From a virus (taxonomy: Duplodnaviria; Caudoviricetes), in IMG/VR virus record IMGVR_UViG_3300033514_000249, positions 1-43,311 of that record: a DNA stretch of 43,311 nucleotides; one strand, given 5' to 3'. The translations under genes were made by a program, and so were the position numbers. Under the pieces are notes generated by a model. It saw nothing but the letters and a program-made list of their open reading frames with translations. It made no database searches and was not told the origin of the DNA. Shown here one piece after another: positions 1 to 6,723 of this stretch; the stretch's first letter is position 1; each line of letters opens with the position of its first letter.

Positions 1-48
1 ACAACACTTGCAATGTTGAGACCGGGGGTTTGATGCCCCCTACCTACA
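1..48 (+). tRNA. tRNA-Ala(TGC), 5'-truncated by the window edge
   Basis: Anticodon arm caaca-CT TGC AA-tgttg, T arm ggggg-tttgatg-ccccc, 3' acceptor strand tacctac+a. Confidence 0.8.
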
Positions 49-55
49 CTTTTAT

Positions 56-142
56 ACCGTCGTGTCAGAGTTAGGTCAATCGGAACAGGCTCATATCCTG
101 TGGCTTTAATTAGCCTCACTGGTTCAAATCCAGTCGACGGTA
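56..142 (+). tRNA. tRNA with CAT anticodon (Met/Ile2) and a long variable arm
   Basis: Acceptor accgtcg/cgacggt, anticodon arm acagg-CT CAT AT-cctgt, variable hairpin ggct-ttaatt-agcc, T arm actgg-ttcaaat-ccagt, A73, no CCA. Confidence 0.8.
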
Positions 143-149
143 CTAAAAT

Positions 150-229
150 ACCCCTATATCCAAAGTTGTTTCCTAAACAATTATATGTAATTGGAGATGA
201 AAATGCAAGTTCGAATCTTGTTGGGGGTA
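150..229 (+). ncRNA. Non-canonical tRNA-like RNA with CCT (Arg) anticodon loop and rearranged arm order
   Basis: Acceptor accccta/tgggggt, U8A9, T arm gcaag-ttcgaat-cttgt. Hairpin gttgt-TT CCT AA-acaat directly follows the acceptor strand, and D-loop-like GTAATTGGAG lies 3' of it. Confidence 0.65.
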
Positions 230-243
230 CAAATGAAAAATAT

Positions 244-323
244 GCCCGCTTAACCCGTTCAGGTTTCTACCCTGTTATCGGTAATTGGAGTTGTAAATGT
301 GAATTCGAATCTCATAGTGGGTT
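244..323 (+). ncRNA. Non-canonical tRNA-like RNA with TCT (Arg) anticodon loop and rearranged arm order
   Basis: Acceptor gcccgct/agtgggt, U8A9, T arm gtgaa-ttcgaat-ctcat (one mismatch). Hairpin cagg-TT TCT AC-cctg precedes GTAATTGGAG. Same length and layout as 150-229. Confidence 0.65.
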
Positions 324-329
324 CAAAAT

Positions 330-411
330 GGCTTTGTGTTGTAATTGGTAGCCAACCTAGTTTAAGAAGCTAGTGCCGCAAGGTGTGGGGGTTCGAATCC
401 CCCCAAAGTCA
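330..411 (+). tRNA. tRNA-Leu(AAG)
   Basis: Acceptor ggctttg/caaagtc, anticodon arm ctagt-TT AAG AA-gctag, long variable arm gcc-gcaa-ggt, T loop ttcgaat, A73. Confidence 0.85.
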
Positions 412-491
412 CATTAAATTAAAGATGTAAGGAGACCGTTTTAGAATTTTTTATAGAACTTAGGTAGGGAATCATAAAAAAATTCAATAAT

Positions 492-566
492 GTAGGTGTA
501 GCACAACGGTTAGTGCGCCTGGTTACCAACCAGGGGACGAGGTTTCGACTACCTCTACCTACTCCA
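492..566 (+). tRNA. tRNA-Gly(ACC)
   Basis: Acceptor gtaggtg/tacctac, anticodon arm cctgg-TT ACC AA-ccagg, U73, encoded CCA. Near-paralog of tRNA-Gly(TCC). Confidence 0.9.
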
Positions 567-568
567 AA

Positions 569-678
569 TTAAAGAATACTTAGATGGTATTCGGAACAAA
601 GGAAATACCCTTATTTCTTGCGATAGATGGTCTTAAAACGACCTAACGATACAAAAGGGCATTGATAGTATTCTTTAA
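569..678 (+). ncRNA. Structured inter-tRNA RNA of unknown type
   Basis: 12-bp closing stem ttaaagaatact/agtattctttaa enclosing ccctt/aaggg and ggtc-ttaaaac-gacc stems. Confidence 0.45.
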
Positions 679-684
679 TGAAAT

Positions 685-759
685 GCAGGTGTAGCACAAC
701 GGCTAGTGCGTAAGTTTTCCAAACTTAGGATGAGGTTTCGACTACCTCTACCTGCTCCA
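685..759 (+). tRNA. tRNA-Gly(TCC)
   Basis: Acceptor gcaggtg/tacctgc, anticodon arm taagt-TT TCC AA-actta, U73, CCA. Confidence 0.92.
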
Positions 760-762
760 TAT

Positions 763-836
763 GGTGAATGTAGCTCAATCGGAAGAGCGCAAGATTGTGG
801 TTCTTGAGGCAGCGGGATCGTAACCCGTCTTTCACC
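763..836 (+). tRNA. tRNA-His(GTG)
   Basis: G-1/C73, anticodon arm caaga-TT GTG GT-tcttg, D stem gctc/gagc. Confidence 0.9.
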
Positions 837-844
837 CAAAATAT

Positions 845-917
845 TCCCTTATAGTTTAGTTGATAAAACATAATCTTGGTATGATTAAGAGCATGAGTTT
901 GAGTCTCATTAAGGGAT
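845..917 (+). tRNA. tRNA-Thr(GGT), slightly degenerate
   Basis: Acceptor tccctta/taaggga, anticodon arm taatc-TT GGT AT-gatta. D loop has GA instead of GG; T loop tttgagt. Confidence 0.75.
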
Positions 918-927
918 CAAAATAAAT

Positions 928-1000
928 GCCACTGTAGCTCAATTGGAAGAGTTTCTGAATACGGATCAGATAGTTGCGGGTTCGAATCCTGTCAGTGGTT
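928..1000 (+). tRNA. tRNA-Arg(ACG)
   Basis: Acceptor gccactg/cagtggt, anticodon arm tctga-AT ACG GA-tcaga, T loop ttcgaat. Confidence 0.9.
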
Positions 1001-1006
1001 CAAAAT

Positions 1007-1081
1007 GGAGGAGTAGCCGAATGGTTAAGAGGCAACAGGTTTAGGTCCTGAAATTTGTGGGTTCGACTCCCACCTTCTTCA
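1007..1081 (+). tRNA. tRNA-Leu(TAG) with a short variable loop
   Basis: Acceptor ggaggag/cttcttc, Leu-type large D loop, cagg-TT TAG GT-cctg, only ~5-nt variable region, A73. Confidence 0.8.
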
Positions 1082-1172
1082 CGTTGAAAACATTATTTTT
1101 ATTGATATTATTAAATATTTGGAAGTTTTGTATTATTGTATTTTTATATATAATAAAAAATAATAGTATAAT

Positions 1173-1859
1173 ATGGCAAGAAAAGAAAAAGAATATCATT
1201 TTATTTATAAAACAACAAATATAATAAATAATAAATATTATATAGGAATGCATTCTACTAATAATTTAGAAGATGGTTATGTTGGTAGTGGTAAAAGATT
1301 ATGGTATTCTATTAATAAATATGGGAAAGATAATTTTAAAGTAGAAATAATAGAATTTTTAGATAATATGAAATTATTAAAAGAAAAAGAAAGGGAATAT
1401 GTAAATGAAAATTTACTTAAAGATAAAAAATGTATGAATATTAAACTTGGTGGTGAAGGTGGTTTTACAAGTAATGAAGCTAAAAAAGGTAGAATTGCAA
1501 CTGATAAAATATTATATGAAAAATATGGTGAAAATTTTCATACTATTGTAACTAAAAAATATCATGATTCATTAACAAAAGAAGATAAAGAAATTTTTTG
1601 TAATAAAGTTAAAGATGGTCAATTAAAAGTTGGTTTCAATTATAATACATTTGAGGGAAAGAAACATTCAGATGAATCTATTGAAAAAATGAAACTAACA
1701 CATAAATTAAATAATCATCAACAAGGAGAAAAAAATTCTAATTATGGAAAATGTTGGATTTATAATAATGAATTAAAACAGAATAAAAAAATTAAAAAAG
1801 AAGAATTAGAAAATTATTTAATCCAAGGTTGGTCAAGTGGTAGAAAAATGAAATTTTAG
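1173..1859 (+). CDS. GIY-YIG (Seg-like) homing endonuclease with NUMOD3 motif
   Basis: FIYKTTNIINNKYYIGMH...YVGSG GIY-YIG core; FEGKKHSDESIEKMK NUMOD3; free-standing within the tRNA array. Confidence 0.88.
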   Translation: MARKEKEYHFIYKTTNIINNKYYIGMHSTNNLEDGYVGSGKRLWYSINKYGKDNFKVEIIEFLDNMKLLKEKEREYVNENLLKDKKCMNIKLGGEGGFTSNEAKKGRIATDKILYEKYGENFHTIVTKKYHDSLTKEDKEIFCNKVKDGQLKVGFNYNTFEGKKHSDESIEKMKLTHKLNNHQQGEKNSNYGKCWIYNNELKQNKKIKKEELENYLIQGWSSGRKMKF

Positions 1860-1898
1860 ACACTATAAACTTATTTTAATTTTTTATATATAAGAAAT

Positions 1899-2039
1899 AT
1901 GAAAACAAAACCTTTTATAAATCCAGTTATTGAAAAATTAATGGATGGTACAGAAGAAGAAAAGAAAATACTTGATAAAGCTATGGATGGTGAACCATTC
2001 TATGTTGGTGGAAGAAAGTATAAGATTGTTAATATGTAA
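1899..2039 (+). CDS. Small hypothetical protein (46 aa, MKTKPFINPV...), not in the supplied ORF track
   Basis: ATG-TAA ORF directly downstream of a TTTTATATATA motif. Confidence 0.55.
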   Translation: MKTKPFINPVIEKLMDGTEEEKKILDKAMDGEPFYVGGRKYKIVNM

Positions 2040-2049
2040 AAAAAATATT

Positions 2050-2315
2050 GGTTCCATAGCTCAGTTGGATAGAGCAACAGTTTTCTGAAATAGCGGGCTT
2101 TTAAGAGGAAACTTTTAAAATGTAAGTAGTCAAATTCGGTGAAACCTTAACGTAAAGACGAAGGCAATACCGAGCCAAGCCTTGAAAAAGGAAGGTGTAA
2201 CGACTTGACGGCTACCACCTAAATAGAAATATATGGTGAAGGTAAAGTCTGAGGAGTGGGGAAACTCACACAAACTTGAAACTGTTGGTCATGTGTTCGA
2301 ATCACATTGGAATCA
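2050..2315 (+). tRNA. tRNA-Arg(TCT) interrupted by a group I intron (exons 2050-2086 and 2279-2315)
   Basis: Acceptor ggttcca/tggaatc, D loop agttggata (A20). Splicing restores acagt-TT TCT AA-actgt. Confidence 0.85.
2087..2278 (+). ncRNA. ORF-less group I intron (IC3-like, 192 nt)
   Basis: 5' exon ends in U and intron ends in G. Core elements aaattcggtgaaacc (P), ggcaataccgagccaagc (Q), cgacttgacggc (R), aaggtaaagtct (S); GNRA-capped hairpins. Confidence 0.88.
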
Positions 2316-2409
2316 CAAATAATCTGGTAGAATACTGCGTGTGAGAAAGTCTTTTATTGTGGCGTAAGTCTTAGACCACGAACAGATATTAAAAATTAAT
2401 ATTTTTTAG

Positions 2410-3348
2410 ATGGAAAAATGTGATATATGTGGAAAAGAAGTAAAAAACATTCTTGGAATGTCACTTCATTTAAGAATGCATAAGATTAATTTAAAGGATT
2501 ATTATATTCAGTATAAAGGATTAGAGATTCCAAAGTGTCGTTGGTGTGAAGATCATGTTGAAATTCGTAAAGGAATAATATTTAATAAAACTTGTGGGAA
2601 AGAAGAATGTATATCTATGCAAAGTAGGTCATTAAAACACAAACCAGAAACCATTAAATTATTATCAGAACTTCAGAAAAAATGGTTAAGGGAACATATT
2701 GATGAACATTCTTGGAAAAAACTTAATAGAAAATCACCACCTTGTGAACATTTAAAAGAAAAATTAAGAGAAAGTGGTTTAACATTTTATGAAGAACATA
2801 TGCCAATAGTAATTAATAATTATGCAATTGATATAGCATTTCCATATAAAAAAATAGGATTAGAAGTAAATGGTAATCAACATTATAAAAGAAAAATGTT
2901 AACAAAATTTGATGATTATCATGAAGAGAAACAATTGGCACCATATTATCAAGAAAGAAAGGAAAAGATAGAAAAAGAAGGATGGATTTTAATTGATATA
3001 CATTATTCACTTGTTTGGAAACCAAAATTTGTTGATAATTTAATAAAACAATTAAAAGAACAATTAAAAACCCGTAAGGATTTTAATTTAGATCTTGATT
3101 TTTCATTTGAAAAAGAAAAAGAAATTAAACATTGTAAGAAGTGTGGTAAAGAATTAGGAATTGATAATAGAAAAAAAATGTGTCCTGATTGTGCAGCTGA
3201 AGAAAGACGTGTAACAGAAAGACCACCATATAAGGAATTAATGGCGGAGATTGATAAATATGGTTATACTGAAACTGGTAGAAGACATGATGGTGTTTCT
3301 GATAATACAATTAGAAATTGGGTAAAAATGTATAGAAAGAATATGTAA
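2410..3348 (+). CDS. Putative homing endonuclease: Zn fingers, Vsr/DUF559-like nuclease and C-terminal HTH
   Basis: CxxC..H..H N-terminus, IDIAFPYKKIGLEVNGNQHY nuclease motif, CKKC..CPDC, GVSDNTIRNW HTH. Confidence 0.7.
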   Translation: MEKCDICGKEVKNILGMSLHLRMHKINLKDYYIQYKGLEIPKCRWCEDHVEIRKGIIFNKTCGKEECISMQSRSLKHKPETIKLLSELQKKWLREHIDEHSWKKLNRKSPPCEHLKEKLRESGLTFYEEHMPIVINNYAIDIAFPYKKIGLEVNGNQHYKRKMLTKFDDYHEEKQLAPYYQERKEKIEKEGWILIDIHYSLVWKPKFVDNLIKQLKEQLKTRKDFNLDLDFSFEKEKEIKHCKKCGKELGIDNRKKMCPDCAAEERRVTERPPYKELMAEIDKYGYTETGRRHDGVSDNTIRNWVKMYRKNM

Positions 3349-3363
3349 GTAAGTGATAATCAC

Positions 3364-3436
3364 TGATCTATGGTGTAATTGGCAACACGTCGGGTTTTGG
3401 TCCCGAAGACTTTAGGTTCGAGCCCTAATAGATCAA
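3364..3436 (+). tRNA. tRNA-Gln(TTG)
   Basis: Acceptor tgatcta/tagatca (U1-A72), anticodon arm tcggg-TT TTG GT-cccga. Confidence 0.9.
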
Positions 3437-3514
3437 CAGTAGTTTAACACGCCTCTCGAAGAAGCGCATTTGTTAGGCAGCCCACCCCTCAGAAATGATA
3501 CACAGGTGGGATTT

Positions 3515-3601
3515 CGGGATGTGGTGTAGTTGGTAGCATACGTGGTTTGGGACCATGTGGGAACGTAAAAGTCATCGCAGGTTCGAGTCCTGCCATCCCG
3601 A
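3515..3601 (+). tRNA. tRNA-Pro(TGG) with a ~19-nt variable region
   Basis: Acceptor cgggatg/catcccg, anticodon arm cgtgg-TT TGG GA-ccatg, variable region tgggaacgtaaaagtcatc, T arm gcagg-ttcgagt-cctgc. Confidence 0.85.
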
Positions 3602-3690
3602 CATTTTCAAAATATACTTTAAACTATTATTTTTATTTAATATATAAGTGTATAGCTTGAAAGAGTTGAATAAAAATAATTAAATTAAAA

Positions 3691-3891
3691 ATGAGTCAAT
3701 TAACAGGAGTGTGTAAATTTTTCAACACCCAGAAAGGGTTTGGATTTATCAAAGAAAGTGGAACAGAGAATGAATATTTTGTGCATATAACAGGATGTGT
3801 AGATGAAATAAGAGAAAATGATCAAGTTGCATTTGAATTAAAAGAAGGTAAAAAAGGACTTATATCAACAAATGTAAGATTAGTTAATTAA
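3691..3891 (+). CDS. cspA: Cold-shock domain protein
   Basis: KFFNTQKGFGFI (RNP1) and YFVHIT (RNP2); 66 aa. Confidence 0.92.
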   Translation: MSQLTGVCKFFNTQKGFGFIKESGTENEYFVHITGCVDEIRENDQVAFELKEGKKGLISTNVRLVN

Positions 3892-3902
3892 AAACCAATA
3901 TG

Positions 3903-4271
3903 TTAAGGTAGATTAAAAGCAGGATTATAAACAAATTTTTTAACAGAATCAATATAACTTATCCAACCAATATCAATATCTTTATTAAGGTCAGATTTAA
4001 TACTTTTAAGTATATTAAGCATATTAAGTACTTGGGGTGCTTCTGCTTTGTCTATTACTGGTTTAAGTGTATTATTTTTAGATTTCATAACTAAATCAAC
4101 TTTAGTCATAAGGTCTTTAATTTCTTGTGGTTTATTTACATAATAATTTTCTTCATCAAGATTAATATTTTTAAGAAATTGTAATTTATTTTTAACAATA
4201 TCATTATGAGATGGGAATAGTTTAAATCCTTCATTGGATTCAAATTCTTCAAATGATGTTACATGTTTCAT
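3903..4271 (-). CDS. Hypothetical protein with CTS-like leader
   Basis: Starts MKHVTSFEEFESNEG; TTAATATATA upstream at 4292-4301. Confidence 0.7.
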   Translation of the reverse strand: MKHVTSFEEFESNEGFKLFPSHNDIVKNKLQFLKNINLDEENYYVNKPQEIKDLMTKVDLVMKSKNNTLKPVIDKAEAPQVLNMLNILKSIKSDLNKDIDIGWISYIDSVKKFVYNPAFNLP

Positions 4272-4318
4272 AATAATATATATTTTTCTTGTATATATTA
4301 AAAATAATTATATAATAA

Positions 4319-4350
4319 GTTGTTTTATAATAAAATTATATATATCTTTG
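4319..4350 (+). promoter_or_regulatory. Bacteroidota-type -33/-7 promoter
   Basis: GTTG-N20-TATCTTTG upstream of the ORF at 4375. Confidence 0.6.
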
Positions 4351-4374
4351 TGTATAAATTAAATACATATACAT

Positions 4375-4794
4375 ATGATAAAATTAGATTTTTCAGAATT
4401 ACAAGATAATGGTTTCAGGATTAATCAGTTAAGATTAGCACATACTTCAAAATATAAGACCAAGAATTTTTTTAGAAATAAAAAAGTTTTCACTGATGCT
4501 GGTGATATAATGGGAGAAAGGAATTTTGCTGTTGAATACTTAATTGAAAACACTGAGATATATTACACATTTCATTTGATTTTTAAGTATATTGCCATTT
4601 TAGCAATAGTAGTATTATTTGGTATTTTTTTTATTAATAAAAACTTCAATGCGGAAATGGTTACATTTGGAATATCTTTGATGGCTTATTTTATGGCAAG
4701 AAAGAAGAAAGAAGATTTTGTAATGTCTAATTTAGGTATTGGACTGGTTGAGAGTATGTATAACTTTGATATAAAAAACAAATTTAATTTATAA
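4375..4794 (+). CDS. Hypothetical membrane protein (2 TM)
   Basis: Hydrophobic segments YIAILAIVVLFGIFFI and MVTFGISLMAYFMA. Confidence 0.65.
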   Translation: MIKLDFSELQDNGFRINQLRLAHTSKYKTKNFFRNKKVFTDAGDIMGERNFAVEYLIENTEIYYTFHLIFKYIAILAIVVLFGIFFINKNFNAEMVTFGISLMAYFMARKKKEDFVMSNLGIGLVESMYNFDIKNKFNL

Positions 4795-4829
4795 AAAAAT
4801 CCCCATAATGTAAATTATGGGGATTTTTT
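4793..4829. terminator. Bidirectional intrinsic terminator
   Basis: aaaaaaatccccataat-gtaa-attatggggatttttt between convergent genes. Confidence 0.85.
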
Positions 4830-4844
4830 ATTTTATATAGGGAA

Positions 4845-5240
4845 TTAACCATTTTTACCACCACCTGTATGAGCAGAAAGTCCAACTGAACCAACTTCAT
4901 ATTTATTTTCTTTAGGATTCTTAAATAACTTTAAGTTACCACCTTTTTTATCATTTAATACTGCTAAAGTTTTTTGTAGAAGTTCAGCTTTATCTTCTAA
5001 TGATAAAGATAATACTTCTTCTTTTCTTGCTGGAAAATTAGTCAAAGACCTAGAAAATAAGCTAACTAAAAGATCTCCTGCTTTTTTATCATCTTTAGGA
5101 TTTTTAGCAAAGAAATTTTCTATACTTTTCTTACGTGGGTCAAGTACATTGGTTATAAATTCACCAACACCTTCATTAACTTCTTCAGTTTCTTTAACTG
5201 AGAATTGTTCAAATGTCATCACATGTTTTAAATTTTCCAT
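4845..5240 (-). CDS. Hypothetical protein with CTS-like leader; tandem paralog of 5269-5637
   Basis: Shares MENLKHVMTFEQ..NEG and C-terminal VGL.AHTGGGK.G with its neighbour. Confidence 0.75.
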   Translation of the reverse strand: MENLKHVMTFEQFSVKETEEVNEGVGEFITNVLDPRKKSIENFFAKNPKDDKKAGDLLVSLFSRSLTNFPARKEEVLSLSLEDKAELLQKTLAVLNDKKGGNLKLFKNPKENKYEVGSVGLSAHTGGGKNG

Positions 5241-5268
5241 ATTAATATTATTTTTATTTTATAATTAA

Positions 5269-5637
5269 TTATCCTTTTTTACCACCACCTGTATGTGCTG
5301 CAAGACCTACACCACCAACTGTATATTCACCTTTAGTATTTTTAAATAATTTTAAAACACCAATTTTTGAATCACCTAGTTTTTCTGATGCCTGTGTTAA
5401 AATACCAACTTTAGTTTCTAATGGTAATTCTAATATTTCTGTTTTTAATGGTGGTATTTTAGCAAATGTTGATGCAAATGCACTTGATAAAAGTTTATTA
5501 GCTTTGTTGTTATCTGTTGGATTTTTAAGGAAATTATCAATATCAGTTTTTACACTGGTAAATAATCCTTCATTAACTGTATCATTTTCATTAACTGAAT
5601 ATTGTTCAAATGTCATAACATGTTTTAAATTTTCCAT
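5269..5637 (-). CDS. Hypothetical protein with CTS-like leader; tandem paralog of 4845-5240
   Basis: Same leader and C-terminus as 4845-5240; TTAATATATA at 5682-5691. Confidence 0.75.
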   Translation of the reverse strand: MENLKHVMTFEQYSVNENDTVNEGLFTSVKTDIDNFLKNPTDNNKANKLLSSAFASTFAKIPPLKTEILELPLETKVGILTQASEKLGDSKIGVLKLFKNTKGEYTVGGVGLAAHTGGGKKG

Positions 5638-5716
5638 CTTATTTAAATAAATTTTTAATTAAAACTAAGTTTAATTAAAAGTATATATTAAATAAAAAAA
5701 CTCATTTTTTGAAATT

Positions 5717-6064
5717 ATGAAAGAAATAAAAATTTATATTGCATCACCCTATACAAAAGGTGATACTGCGATGAATGTTAGATTTCAAATGGATATTGCA
5801 GACCAATTAATAGAATTAGGTTTTTATCCTTTTACACCACTATATTTTCATTTTCAACATATGTTTAAACCAAGACATTATACAGACTGGATGAAAATGG
5901 ACTTTGTTTGGTTAGCTCAATGTGATTGTGTGATTAGATTCTATCCTGTACAAAATGGTGAACTATTAGGTAGTCATGGTGCAGATTTAGAAGAACAGGA
6001 AGCAAAGAGATTGGGAATACCAGTATTTTATTCAATTGAAGAAGTAGTGAATTATTACAAATAA
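5717..6064 (+). CDS. DUF4406/DUF1937-like protein (nucleoside 2-deoxyribosyltransferase fold)
   Basis: KIYIASPYT...WMKMD..WLAQCD...SHGADLEEQEAKRLGIPV. Confidence 0.75.
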   Translation: MKEIKIYIASPYTKGDTAMNVRFQMDIADQLIELGFYPFTPLYFHFQHMFKPRHYTDWMKMDFVWLAQCDCVIRFYPVQNGELLGSHGADLEEQEAKRLGIPVFYSIEEVVNYYK

Positions 6065-6093
6065 AAAAGGGGGAATAATTTCCCCCTTTTTTT
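6063..6093. terminator. Bidirectional intrinsic terminator
   Basis: A-run, gggggaa / ttccccc stem, T-run, between convergent genes. Confidence 0.85.
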
Positions 6094-6652
6094 ACAAAAC
6101 AATTTTATTTTCCTTTATTCTTTTCTCCATTTTCTTTTTAATGACAAGGAGTTTTTTAAGTCTTTCACTTCCATATTTTTCAAAACAGATAGGACCAATA
6201 CCCATTTTAATAGAACCTTCTGTGGTTAGGGTTTTGGCACAGCAACCACAAGTACCTAAGTGATGAAATTCCATTGTATTAGGGAATTCTTTATCCTTTT
6301 CAAACTGGTTCAATAACCATTTAACACCTTTAACAGCACCACCATCTTCAGTAAGATAGGATTTTTTAGAATGAAGATACTTATTTTCTTCAATTTTAAT
6401 ACAACCTAAGAATTCATACCCAAAACTATTTCTTACTGAAATGTAGAGGATATTTTCATCATATTTAGGGTTAGGAATTGGTTTACCATAACCCATTTTA
6501 AGAGTTTTAGCCATTGGTTTGACTTTATACTCATAAGAAATACCACTTAATGATTTAAGGATAAATTTTCCTTTTCCACCAAAGAAATACATTTGTATTT
6601 CATCTTTTCCTAAAAGTCTAATTCCAGTACTTTTCATTCTGATTTTATACAT
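6092..6652 (-). CDS. DUF6011-like Zn-binding phage protein
   Basis: HLGTCGCCAKTLTTEGSIKMGIGPIC motif; TATCTTTG upstream at 6677-6684. Confidence 0.7.
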   Translation of the reverse strand: MYKIRMKSTGIRLLGKDEIQMYFFGGKGKFILKSLSGISYEYKVKPMAKTLKMGYGKPIPNPKYDENILYISVRNSFGYEFLGCIKIEENKYLHSKKSYLTEDGGAVKGVKWLLNQFEKDKEFPNTMEFHHLGTCGCCAKTLTTEGSIKMGIGPICFEKYGSERLKKLLVIKKKMEKRIKENKIVL

Positions 6653-6723
6653 AGGTGTAAGTATTAATTATTTCTACAAAGATAAGATTAAAAAATGAAT
6701 TAAAAAAATTAATATATAAGAAT

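Noticed and set aside
100-351. 83-aa ORF from the track
   Set aside because: Overlaps four tRNA or tRNA-like genes; spurious.
1007-1081. Amber suppressor tRNA or stop-codon recoding
   Set aside because: TAG is the anticodon (reads CUA, Leu). Long genes translate intact in code 11 with dense packing, and the only interrupted frame has TAA.
3437-3514. Theta/HDV-like ribozyme after tRNA-Gln
   Set aside because: Could not assemble the P1/P2/P3/P1.1 double pseudoknot by eye; kept only as a structured spacer.
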